From contig OZ251239.1 of the NCBI GenBank assembly GCA_965240325.2, positions 1,426,001 to 1,490,000 of the forward strand: DNA of 64,000 nucleotides. Reading direction: 5' to 3'. Every line of letters starts with the position of its first letter. Position 1 is the stretch's first letter. This DNA is from Rebecca billardiae RCC1528. Taxonomy: Eukaryota; Protista; Haptophyta. The translations under genes and the position numbers were made by a program. Below are positions 42,767 through 52,453 of the stretch, piece by piece. A model generated the notes under the pieces. That model ran no database searches, was not told where the DNA came from, and saw nothing but the letters and a program-made list of their open reading frames with translations.

Positions 42767-45640
42767 ATGGCGGATGAGTTTGACCAGCCCTCCTCCGACG
42801 ATGACGACACGGAGGACGCGCTGGGCTGGCTTGAGGCGCCCGCCCTCGGCGAGAGCAGCAGTAGCGACGAGGCGGCTTCGGATTCGAGCGAGTCGAGCGA
42901 CGGCGGCCTCACCTCGGCCTCGCCGCACGGGTGCACGCTGCGCAACACGGCGCGCGCCGGTCCGCCTGTGCGCGCATGGCATGACGCGGTGCCGTCGGCG
43001 CGTGAGCGCGCGGCGCTCGCTGCCGACGCGCGTCGGCTCGTGGGCCGCACCTTTTGGATCGAGGAGGGCGACGAGCCCGCGTGTGCCGCGGAGCGCCTCG
43101 CGTTGGACGTGCTGCGCTTCCACTCGAAGAGCGCAGGCGCGCCCGACCTGCGCGGCGCCGAGTGGTGGGCGCAGGTGCGCACCTCGGCGGGATCGCCGAC
43201 GATTGAGATGCACTGGGACTCGGACGAGGAGCACAAGGCGAGCACGGGCGAGCACCTGCCCCCGTGGCTGGCCACAGTCACGTACCTCGGCTCTGCCGGC
43301 GCGCCAACGCTCGTGCTGCCCGTGGGCGCAGACGCGCACGGCCGCGCGCGCCGGCTGCGCGCGGGAGGCGCTGCGTTCGTCTCGCAGCCCGTGGCGGGCA
43401 AGCACCTGGCGTTTGACGGGCGCCTGCTGCACGGCGCGCTGCACGCGCTCGAGGCGCCCTCCCCGAGCGCGTACGAGCGCATCTCCGTGCTGGTCAACCT
43501 GTGGGCGTGCCACAGGCCGGACGCACACCGGCTGGACGGCGCAGAGGCGCGCGCGCTCGCGGCGCAGAGCGGCTGGGTGGCGCGCGGCACCGCGCCGGGC
43601 GAGGCGGCGCTGGCCGGTGCACGGAGCGCCGCGTGCGTGAGCGCGGACGCCGGGCTGCTCGACGCGAGCGAGTGGCGCACGCTGCGCGTGCGCTTCACGC
43701 CCGAGCGGCGGCTGCTCGCGCGCCACCCCGATTGGCGCGCCCTCGGGATTGGCTTCCCGTTCGCTCACCCGGCCGTGCAGGTGCGGGGCCTCGTGGCGCC
43801 GGCGGGGCGCGCCGTGCCCTCGCTCACGCGCGTGCGCGCCGTGGGCCTTCGGCTGCCGTTCGAGGCGGCGGAGGCGGCGCAGGCGGTCGCGCACGGCGCA
43901 GCTTGCGCGCTGCTGTGCGCCGCGGCGCAGGAGGTGGCCGCGGCCGCGGACTGGCGGGCGCGCCGAGGGCTGCGCGCCGCCGTCGCGCAGCTGCGGCCCT
44001 ACCTCGCCGCCGCGCCAAACACCGCGGCGCCGACGCGCTCAGCTGCCGCCGGCGCGGGCACGGCCGCCAGCGCCGCCCCCGCCGCTGCGCCGCCGGCCGC
44101 CACTGCGCCCTGCGCCGCTGCGGCCGAGCTGCTGCGCGCGGACGACGCGGACGACGACGCGTGCGCCGCCGACGCGACGGCCACGCTGGCCCTCTTCGGC
44201 TGGGGAGACGGGGGCGAGGACGGGGGCGAGGCCCGCGCGGCAGAGGTGGATGACCGCCCGCCCGTGTGCGGCGGCGTGTGGTCGCGCCCCGCCCTGTGCG
44301 GCGAGGCGCCCCTCGTGTACCTGGCGCGCGAGGGGCTCGAGGCGAGCGCGCTCTGCGTGCTCTCCGGCGCGGCCGGCGTCGAGATCGGCCGCGAGATCGG
44401 CCGCCGAGATCGGCTCGAGATCGACCGGGCCGACGTGGACGGCTTCAGCGCGCTGCACTACGCGTGCAACCTCGGGCTGGCCCGGCTCGCGGCCGCGCTG
44501 CTCGAGCGCGGCGCGTGCACGCGCGGCACAACGCGCGACGTGCCCACCCTCTCCGAGCCGCGCGGCCGCACGCCGCTCCACCTGGCGGCCGCGGCCGGGC
44601 AGGCCGGCATCGCGCGCGCGCTCGTGCGCGCGCGCGCGGACGCGCGCGCGCTCGACGGCCAGGGCGCGAGCCCCGCGCACCTCGCCTGCCGGCGCGGGCA
44701 CTGGCGGCTGGCGCAGGCGCTGCTCCGACCCGCGCCGGGCGCGCGGCGCGAGGGCGCGGCGGCGGAGCCGGAGGAGGGCCTCCCCGAGGGCCTCCCCTCC
44801 GAGCAGGAGATGCGCGGCTTTGAGCTCGCGGAGGCGATGTCGGTGCGCGCGCGCGACGAGGCGCGCCGGTGCATCGAGCACCGGCCGTTGCTGCACGCGC
44901 CCCTCGTCCTCGGCGGGCTGCTCGGCCCGGCGGCGTGCTCGGCGCTCACGGCCGCGGCCGAGCGCTGCGCCGCGCGGCGCGGCTGGCAGTCCACGCGACA
45001 CACGCACCACCCGACCGTCGACCTGCCACTGCACGACCTGCCAGCGACGCACTACGCCGGCGCGCGGCGCGCGCTCGAGCGCGGCGCGCTGCCGCGGCTG
45101 CGCGCGGCGTACGGCACGCGCGCGCTCGCCATCCGCGAGGCGTTCGTCGTCAAGTACGAGGCGGCTGAGGCAGGGCAGCAGTCGCACGCACCGCGCGAGG
45201 AGGCCGGGGGCGCGCGCGCGCGCGCCGCACGCGCCGAGGCCGACGTCGACGCGGCCGCCGCCGTGGACGCTGGGGGCGTCGCGCGCCCGGCCGAGCACGG
45301 CCGCGCGCCGCGTGCCGAGCGGCCGCGCCAGGCGGGGCTCGCCCTGCACAAGGACGGCACGCTGCTCAACTGCGTCGTCCTGCTCTCGCCCGCTGCCGCG
45401 TTCGCGGGGGGCGGCACAGTCTTCGCGCACCCCGTCGACCGCACCTACCGCGTGGAGCAGGGCGACTGCCTGTGCTCGTGCGGCCAGCTCCTGCACGGCG
45501 CAGCCCCCGTCACGCGGGGCGTGCGATACGTACTCATCGCGTTCATCGACGAGGTGGGCCACCAGGCGCACGGCGTGGATGACGACGACGGCGACGGCTC
45601 GTCCAGCGTGCTGAGCACGAGCAGCTCCAGCGAGCAGTGA
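42767..45640 (+). CDS. Full-length protein: 2OG-Fe(II) oxygenase domain + ankyrin repeats + second (lysyl/prolyl hydroxylase-like) 2OG-Fe(II) domain
   Basis: Domain 1: EMHWDSDE...ATVTYL...FDGRLLHG...RISVLVNLW. Ankyrins: GFSALHYAC, GRTPLHLAA, GASPAHLAC. Domain 2: FVVKY...LALHKDG...FAGGGTVF...LLHGAAPVTRGVRYVLIAF. Confidence 0.85.
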   Translation: MADEFDQPSSDDDDTEDALGWLEAPALGESSSSDEAASDSSESSDGGLTSASPHGCTLRNTARAGPPVRAWHDAVPSARERAALAADARRLVGRTFWIEEGDEPACAAERLALDVLRFHSKSAGAPDLRGAEWWAQVRTSAGSPTIEMHWDSDEEHKASTGEHLPPWLATVTYLGSAGAPTLVLPVGADAHGRARRLRAGGAAFVSQPVAGKHLAFDGRLLHGALHALEAPSPSAYERISVLVNLWACHRPDAHRLDGAEARALAAQSGWVARGTAPGEAALAGARSAACVSADAGLLDASEWRTLRVRFTPERRLLARHPDWRALGIGFPFAHPAVQVRGLVAPAGRAVPSLTRVRAVGLRLPFEAAEAAQAVAHGAACALLCAAAQEVAAAADWRARRGLRAAVAQLRPYLAAAPNTAAPTRSAAAGAGTAASAAPAAAPPAATAPCAAAAELLRADDADDDACAADATATLALFGWGDGGEDGGEARAAEVDDRPPVCGGVWSRPALCGEAPLVYLAREGLEASALCVLSGAAGVEIGREIGRRDRLEIDRADVDGFSALHYACNLGLARLAAALLERGACTRGTTRDVPTLSEPRGRTPLHLAAAAGQAGIARALVRARADARALDGQGASPAHLACRRGHWRLAQALLRPAPGARREGAAAEPEEGLPEGLPSEQEMRGFELAEAMSVRARDEARRCIEHRPLLHAPLVLGGLLGPAACSALTAAAERCAARRGWQSTRHTHHPTVDLPLHDLPATHYAGARRALERGALPRLRAAYGTRALAIREAFVVKYEAAEAGQQSHAPREEAGGARARAARAEADVDAAAAVDAGGVARPAEHGRAPRAERPRQAGLALHKDGTLLNCVVLLSPAAAFAGGGTVFAHPVDRTYRVEQGDCLCSCGQLLHGAAPVTRGVRYVLIAFIDEVGHQAHGVDDDDGDGSSSVLSTSSSSEQ

Positions 45641-46194
45641 GCGCGTGGCGCTACTAGCAGACGCGATCGACACGCACTGTTACTCAGTGAGGCCGTGCGG
45701 GCGTGCGGGTGGCGTGCTATGCTACGCCTACTACTGCTGAGTGAGGCTGCTCGGCCGCCTCCGGGGGCACCGCTCCACTTCCAGTAGGAGGGCGGGATAT
45801 CCGCCGTACGGCCGTACCGGTCACCGGGCCTCACCCGCCAGTCACCGTCGGACTGCGCTGGCCAGCTGTCGCATGCTACTGCTGAGCAGATGACTGCATC
45901 ATATATATGCTGATTCTGATGACTATACTACGACCCAATATAAGTTGCGCGCGCGCTCATCCCAATAAACAAAAGCAGATGACGCGATCGATAGAGCGCA
46001 TGGATCGACCCCAACGCGCTGCCCAACGGTCAGCCCAGCCCCGGGACTACAGCCGATGACGAGCCGGCGCGGCGCGCGCGCCCACCAGGTGCCGGCGTTG
46101 CCTGAATCGGACAGCAGGCACAGATGTGGGTAGCACGTGCGATCGCCGCGGCGCAAGGCGCTCCTGCGCCCATGCCCGGCGGCGCCCGCCCGCG

Positions 46195-47445
46195 TCACAG
46201 GCTCGGGCTGCGCCGGGGCCCGTGGCTGAGGGCGGCGCCCCGCGCCGCGTGGCTGCCCCGGCCCGCCTTGTGCTGCGGCGCGCCGTCGCCGTCGCCCGCC
46301 GAGGGGCTGCCGCCGGAGGCGAGCGCGAGGAGGAGCGCGCGCAGGGCGCACGCGGGCGGCTGCAGGCCGAGCATGCGCGCCAGCGCGCCCAGCAGCGCCG
46401 TGCCCGCGCACACGCCGCGCAGCTGCTCGAGCCGGATGCGACGCTTCCGGAACGCGCCGTACCGCTCGTGCGCGAGCTCAATAAGTATCTCGGCGTGGTG
46501 GCTGAGCAGCAGGTCGCGCAGCAGCGCAAAGTCGGAGTGCCACGGGTTCTCCACGTCGACGGCGCCCCACGGGTACGCCGCCGGGCGCGCGAGCACCGCC
46601 AGCGGCTCGCCCGGCCGCCGCCGCCGGCTGTACCGCGGGCCGCTCAGCAGCGCGTCGAGGCCGACGTCGCGCGCGCGCTGCGCGGCGAGCGCCGCCGCGC
46701 CGCCGGCCGCGCCGCGCGCGGCCGGCGAGGGGTCCTCCTCGCCCCAGCCGTAGACGGGGACGTCGCGCTCGCGGAGCACGCGGCGCACGTGCTGCCGCTG
46801 CTCCGAGAGCTCCTCGTCCGTCAGCGTGTCCGCCTTGGCGATCACCAGCACCACGGGCATGAAGCGCGCGAGCGTGCGCACAAACAGCACGTCTGTCCGG
46901 AGCAGCCGGTGCGGCGACACAAAGTAGAGGCAGCAGTGGAGCTGCTGGTCGGCGCCGCCCGCGCTGCCGCGCGGCGAGCGCTCCACGTCGAACTGCCGGC
47001 GCAGGCTGTCCCGCGCGTACCGGCAGATCGGGCGCACGGCGCGCTTGTTGTCCAGCCGGTCGCCGTACCCCGGTGTGTCGACGAGTGTCACGTGCAGCTT
47101 TGTGTTCGACGCGGGGTCGTGGCGCTCGAAGGTGCGCGAGGCGTTGATGGCGCGCGTGGACGGGAGGCGGCCGAGCTGCGGCGCAAAGTGCCCGTGCGTC
47201 CAGCCGTGGAACAGCATCTCGCACGCGGTCGTCTTGCCGAGGCCGCTCAGGCCGGCGACGAGGATGTTGAACGCGAGCACCTTGGGCGTGCGCACGAGGA
47301 CGGGCGGCGGCGGGGCGGCGGCGGGGCGGGAGGGCGGCGGGGCCGGCGGCGGCGCGGCGAGCGCCCTGAAGTCGCCGCCGCCGGCGCGCGTCGCCGTCGT
47401 CGGCGCCGCGGCGCCGAGCAGCGCGGCGCAGAGGCAGGCGCGCAT
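46195..47445 (-). CDS. Septin-family GTPase with hydrophobic N- and C-terminal segments
   Basis: FNILVAGLSGLGKTT (G1), DTPGYGD (G3), HCCLYFV, IAKAD (G4), YPWGAVDVENPWHSDF (septin unique element). Start at 47445 or 47478. Confidence 0.9.
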   Translation of the reverse strand: MRACLCAALLGAAAPTTATRAGGGDFRALAAPPPAPPPSRPAAAPPPPVLVRTPKVLAFNILVAGLSGLGKTTACEMLFHGWTHGHFAPQLGRLPSTRAINASRTFERHDPASNTKLHVTLVDTPGYGDRLDNKRAVRPICRYARDSLRRQFDVERSPRGSAGGADQQLHCCLYFVSPHRLLRTDVLFVRTLARFMPVVLVIAKADTLTDEELSEQRQHVRRVLRERDVPVYGWGEEDPSPAARGAAGGAAALAAQRARDVGLDALLSGPRYSRRRRPGEPLAVLARPAAYPWGAVDVENPWHSDFALLRDLLLSHHAEILIELAHERYGAFRKRRIRLEQLRGVCAGTALLGALARMLGLQPPACALRALLLALASGGSPSAGDGDGAPQHKAGRGSHAARGAALSHGPRRSPSL

Positions 47446-47631
47446 GAGTCCCCAACGAGCTGCCGGACGGTTCGTCATCGTGACGGCGTGCGGCACGAGA
47501 GTGCTCCGTCAAGCTTTGACCGTGGCCAGTCGGACAGTCCGGAGGACCGGGTCGCAGGAGCAGCAGGACTGCTGGCTGCATCATCACACGAAGCATCCGC
47601 GCGGCCCAGGGCCGTCCCCACTGGGCGCGCG

Positions 47632-49317
47632 ATGGCGAACGAGAGCCTGCTCGGCGTGCGCAGCGTGGCGAGCGAGAACGCGCTCCCGCGCGTGCCGCCG
47701 CTGCAGCCGAGCGTCACGACCGACTTCCGCTCGCGCACCTTCCACATCGACGAGCGAGGCCTGCACGAGCACGCGCACCGGCTCGCGATCAGCGAGGCCG
47801 CCGGCAGCCTCGACCTGCTCGCGCGCGCGGGCGTGCTCGACGTGCTCTCCGAGCAGGACGAGTACGTGCACCGCCTGCCGACGATGACCGAGCTGACGAG
47901 CGCCGAGGTGCTCGAGGACGGCCGCGCCATCTCCGCCCTCGAGGCCTTCATGCACGTCCTCAAGTCCAACCTCGGCCCGGGCTGCCTCGCGCTGCCGATC
48001 GTGTTTGCGCGCGCCGGCCCGCTGGTCTCGGCGGGGCTGCTGCTCGGCGTGGCGCTGCAGGGGACGTACTCGATGGTGCTGCTCGTGCGGCTCAAGCACG
48101 CCGTGCGCGCGTGCGGCCAGCGCTGCGTCACCCTCGAGGACCTCGCCCACCTCGCGTTCGGCGCGCCCGGGCTGCGCGCGGTCGAGTCTCTGATCGTCGC
48201 GCAGCAGCTGGGCGTGTGCTGCGTCTTCATCTCGCTGGTGCGCACCAACCTGATCGCCGGGCTGCGCGGGCTGCTCGGCGCGGAGGTCTGCTTCGCGCTC
48301 GTCGTCGGCGCGTGCGCGCTCCTCGCGCTCGCGCGCAAGATCCAGGCGCTGTGGCCGCTCAGCATGGCCGCCAACGCGTTCATGCTCACGGCGTGCGCGA
48401 CCGCCGTCGGCGCGAGCGTCGGCGCGCTGCTCGGCGCGCCGGACGCGCCGGAGCTGGTCCGGGCGCCGAGCGTGCACGCGGCGGGCGCGTGCCTGAGCGC
48501 GCTCTTCTTCGCGTACGAGGGCGTCGCCCTCGTGCTCCCCGTCGAGTCGGCGTACGCGCCCACGGTGCACTCGGTGGCGCCGCTGCACGCGGCCGTCGCG
48601 CCGCTCGGCGCGGCACCGCACCTGGCGGGGCCGGAGCCGCTGCGCGGCGGCGGCGGCGTCGCGAGTCGGCGCGGCTCGCGCGACTCGGCGGGCGGCGGCG
48701 CGCTCTCGCGCGCGGACACGCCGTCCGCGCTGCCCCTCGCGCGCAGCCCGTTCGAGGCCATCCTCGTCGGCGCGATGGGCTGCATCGGCGTCCTCTTCGC
48801 CACCGTCGGGATCTCGGCCGCATCTGGCTTCCCCGAGATCAGCTCCGGCTCGATCACGGCGTATCTCGCCGGGCGCTGGCCGGACAACCGGTGGTTCGCC
48901 GCGGTGAACGCGCTGGTGGGCGTGGCGGTGCTGTGCACGTACCCGCTCCAGCTGCAGCCCGCCGTGATGGTGCTCGACAAGCTCGGCGCGCGGCCCGGCG
49001 GCGGCCGGCTCGCGCTGGGCGCGCGGTTTGTCGCGACGCGCTGGGCGGTCACGGCCGCGTGCGCGCTCGTCGTGCTCACGGTGCCGCGCCTCGACCTGCT
49101 CATCCAGCTGCTCGGCGCGCTGTGCCAGGCGGCGCTCGCGGGCCTGCCGTTCGGCCTCTCGCTGCAGCTGCGCGCCATCGGGCTGGTGCCCATCAGCGCC
49201 ACGCTCGCCGCCGTGCACACCGTGCTGATGCTCGTGTGCGCGTGCGTGATGGTCGGCGGCACGGCCGCCGCGGGCGCGGACATTGCGCGCTACCTCGCCG
49301 CCTCGCATGGCAGCTAG
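47632..49317 (+). CDS. Amino-acid transporter (Aa_trans/AAAP, SLC36/AVT3-like)
   Basis: AFMHVLKSNLGPGCLALPIVFARAG, QQLGVCCVF, FFAYEGVALVLPVE, TYPLQL; about 11 hydrophobic segments; ATG at 47632. Confidence 0.9.
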   Translation: MANESLLGVRSVASENALPRVPPLQPSVTTDFRSRTFHIDERGLHEHAHRLAISEAAGSLDLLARAGVLDVLSEQDEYVHRLPTMTELTSAEVLEDGRAISALEAFMHVLKSNLGPGCLALPIVFARAGPLVSAGLLLGVALQGTYSMVLLVRLKHAVRACGQRCVTLEDLAHLAFGAPGLRAVESLIVAQQLGVCCVFISLVRTNLIAGLRGLLGAEVCFALVVGACALLALARKIQALWPLSMAANAFMLTACATAVGASVGALLGAPDAPELVRAPSVHAAGACLSALFFAYEGVALVLPVESAYAPTVHSVAPLHAAVAPLGAAPHLAGPEPLRGGGGVASRRGSRDSAGGGALSRADTPSALPLARSPFEAILVGAMGCIGVLFATVGISAASGFPEISSGSITAYLAGRWPDNRWFAAVNALVGVAVLCTYPLQLQPAVMVLDKLGARPGGGRLALGARFVATRWAVTAACALVVLTVPRLDLLIQLLGALCQAALAGLPFGLSLQLRAIGLVPISATLAAVHTVLMLVCACVMVGGTAAAGADIARYLAASHGS

Positions 49318-49577
49318 CTCATGCAGTGTCGTTGTCAGAGGACGAGGACGACTGAGCCTATCCATCTGCTCGTCGTGCGCGAGTGGCAGGGATGCCGTCC
49401 TCATTATATTGCTAAGACGACTGCGCCTAAGGCGGCCGTCTTCGGACTCTGACGAAGATGATACGCAACGACGGAGTCATCGCTGACAGATATCTGCCGC
49501 CTGAATGCCTGATAGCCGCGTTGCGCTGCGTCCGCTTGCGCCTCTCCAACGGCCACTGCCAGCATAGCACCCATTAT

Positions 49578-50275
49578 TTACAGAGCCGCGAGCATCGACT
49601 CGGCCGACGAGGCGCCGTCGAACGCGCCGCCCTCCTCCACGCCGAGCTTGACCACCTTGCCGTCGTCCACAACCATCGCGCAGCGCACCATGCGCACGCC
49701 GCCAAAGTTGCCCGTGTCGAACGAGAGGCCGGTGGCCTTGGTGAACGCGCCGCCGCCGTCGCCGAGCATGAGCACCTTGCCCTGCGGGTCCTTCATCTTG
49801 GACCACTCGCCGAGAACGAACGGGTCGTTCACCGCCACGCACGCGATCGTGTCCACGCCCTTCGCCTTGAAGTCGTCGGCGAGCTTCACAAAGCCAGGCA
49901 GCTGCTGCTCCGAGCACGTCGGCGTCATCGCGCCCGGCAGGCCGAAGAGGACGACCTTCTTGCCGCTGAAGACGTCGCTCGAGGCGAGCGGCTTGGGGCC
50001 GCCCTCCATGATCATGAACTCCGCGCTGGGCAGCGCATCGCCCTGCGGCCGCACGGAAGGCGCGTGCGCCCGGTGCGCGCCAGTGAGCTGGCGCGCCACT
50101 CACGCGCCACAGCACGGCGCGTATATCGCACCCAGGCGCGCACCTCCGCGAGCATCTTGGCGCCGCCACGCAGCATCGCGCTGCGGGAGAGCATGCGCGC
50201 GGGCCCCGCGCCGACCGCGTAGGCGGTGGTGCCCTGCAGCGCAGCGAGCAGCGTGACCGAGCGGAGCGCAATCAT
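49578..50275 (-). CDS. Type II peroxiredoxin (Prx5-like) with signal/transit-like leader; intron 50043-50143
   Basis: KKVVLFGLPGAMTPTCS, VAVNDPFV, MLGDG...FTKA. Splicing GTGCG...GCAG joins MIALRSVTLLAALQG...KMLAE to GDALP in phase. Confidence 0.9.
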
Positions 50276-50509
50276 CGCGGAGTCGGCAGTCGTCAACACG
50301 GCGTGTTCGGCCTTGTTCGCCGACGAGCTGCCGCCCCGAAACTTCTCGAAGATGGATCAAAATCCCGTACAGTTTACTATGATTTAACGTGCACACAGTA
50401 CTGCAGAGGCCAGCGCGGAGGTCGCGCATGGCGGCCTCGCCTCGGTAGCCAGATCTTCACTTCCCTTTCGAGTAGCACCGCATACGCTGCGTGGCTGACG
50501 CGCGCGAGG

Positions 50510-51763
50510 ATGCCCAGCACGTGCGGCCGATCTGGCTGTGACAAGTGGGCGTTATACGGCAAGCCGGGTACACGTGCCAGCCGCTGCGCCACGCACAAGC
50601 TGGCCGGCATGGTCGACGTGAAAAGCCGCAGGTGCGAGCATGCCGGCTGTGACAAGGTGCCGTCCTTTGGCATGCCGGGTGACACACGTGCCAGCCACTG
50701 CGCAACGCACAAGCTGGCCGGCATGGTGGACGTGAAGAACCGCAGGTGCGAGCATGCCGGCTGCGACAAACAGCCGTGCTTTGGCATGGCGGGCGACACA
50801 CGTGCCAGCCGCTGCGCTACGCACAAGCTGGTCGGCATGGTCGACGTGGTCAGCCGCAGGTGCGAGCATGCCGGCTGTGACAAGGTGCCGTCCTTTTGCA
50901 TGCCGGGTGACACACGTGCCAGCCACTGCGCAACGCACAAGCTGGCCGGCATGGTCAACGTGGTCAGCCGCAGGTGCGAGCATGCCGGCTGTGACAAGCA
51001 GCCGTCCTGCGGCATGCCGGGCGACAAACGTCTCAGCCGCTGCGCCACGCACAAGCTGGTCGGCATGATCAGCAGGTGCGCCTGGTTTGAGCGCAAGCGG
51101 GCTGCAGCCCCCGAGCCTCAGCAGGGCGGCAGCGCAAAGCGCAGGCGCGTGCAGCGCAACGGCGGCAGCACGGCAGCAGCAGCCACTGCCACTGGCCCGC
51201 AGCCACATCCACAGCCACCGAGGGCCACAGCTCGCGCCGAGGCTCGCCCTCCGCGTCGTCCTGACGTCGCGAGTGGCAGCGGCCCGCGCAGCCGCGGCGA
51301 TGGGCCGGGCAAGCGCGCGGGGCTGAGCAGGGCGCATGCAGCGCGCGCACGCCCCGCCCTGCGCACTGCCCCGCCCGCTGACGGGCCAGGCAGCAGTGGC
51401 AGCGGTGGGCATGCGGCAGATGCCCCGCTGCTCGGCCGGCTGGTCGAGCCCGCCACAAGCACGCGGCACGCCGACGCTGCCGCCGAGCTCGCCGCCGAGC
51501 GCGCCGCCACCGAGCGCATGCGCGCCGAGCTCGTGCGCGCGCGCATGCGGCTGCGTCTCGCCGAGCAGGCGGCCGACCCGTCGCACCTGCGCGTGCTGCG
51601 CTTGGTCATGGAGGGCGAGACCGAGTCCCCGGGCGCCCAGCCGCGCGTTGGCGCACGCTCCAGTCCCGCGGCACGAGCTGCTGCTGATGACGAGCGCCAG
51701 GCCACGCTGCAGTACCTGCGCGAGCTCGAGGCGAGGGTGCGCGTGCCAGTCTCAGCACCGTAG
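50510..51763 (+). CDS. EsV-1-7 repeat protein (5 repeats)
   Basis: ATG 50510 (MPSTCGRSGC). Same architecture and C-terminal domain as 21694-23217. Confidence 0.85.
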   Translation: MPSTCGRSGCDKWALYGKPGTRASRCATHKLAGMVDVKSRRCEHAGCDKVPSFGMPGDTRASHCATHKLAGMVDVKNRRCEHAGCDKQPCFGMAGDTRASRCATHKLVGMVDVVSRRCEHAGCDKVPSFCMPGDTRASHCATHKLAGMVNVVSRRCEHAGCDKQPSCGMPGDKRLSRCATHKLVGMISRCAWFERKRAAAPEPQQGGSAKRRRVQRNGGSTAAAATATGPQPHPQPPRATARAEARPPRRPDVASGSGPRSRGDGPGKRAGLSRAHAARARPALRTAPPADGPGSSGSGGHAADAPLLGRLVEPATSTRHADAAAELAAERAATERMRAELVRARMRLRLAEQAADPSHLRVLRLVMEGETESPGAQPRVGARSSPAARAAADDERQATLQYLRELEARVRVPVSAP

Positions 51764-52453
51764 TCGCGAGTCTGATCGGCTGAAACTACGCAGGATGACC
51801 GCGGCCCGGTGGTTATTATCATCAATGCTGGTGCCAAGTCGCCGCTAGTCGATCGCGCTACTACTGTGATGCCACACAGACACGACTATCGGCCGACGTG
51901 CACGGCTATAGAGTATAGTCACTGACCGGCCCGGCGTACTTGGGATTTTCCCCAGGCGGCGAGCCGGTCTCCGCCGGCGTCTCGGACGTCGTTGTGATGT
52001 GATGTGAGCCGGCAACCAACCCTGCCAACATCATTTTATTACCGCTGTCATCAGGAAGCGTGCGCTCTACTGGAGTCGACCGCGGTAGTGGGCGGTACAG
52101 CTGGGCTTGAGCTGGGCAGCCGGAGACTCTAGGCACTCAAGCCGTGCCTGATGACCGCCCCCATCACAGTATCCGCTGCAGCCGGCACTCGAGCGGCCCA
52201 CGGACCGCGGCGTTTGTCATACTCGATTCCCATGCCGAACGTGCGCGGTGGTGTCGGACCCCGCCAACATTCATCGGCGGTGGAGTCGAGTGGAGGGTGG
52301 ACGGCCATCGTGGCTTTCACTGCTCCACTTTGCTGATTTGCTCTGGCGGCCGAGCCGGAGGGCGCACGATGGCGGCCTCGCCTTGGTAGCCAACACATCT
52401 TCACTGCCCTTTCGAGTAGCACGCCATACGCTACCTGGCTGACGCGCGCGAGG

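Larger units (their letters stand above)
26792..45190. repeat. Tandem segmental array of four near-identical units of about 4.7 kb
   Basis: Oxygenase ATGs at 28662, 33360, 38071 and 42767 (periods 4698, 4711, 4696). Copies differ by scattered SNPs and small indels. Confidence 0.95.
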
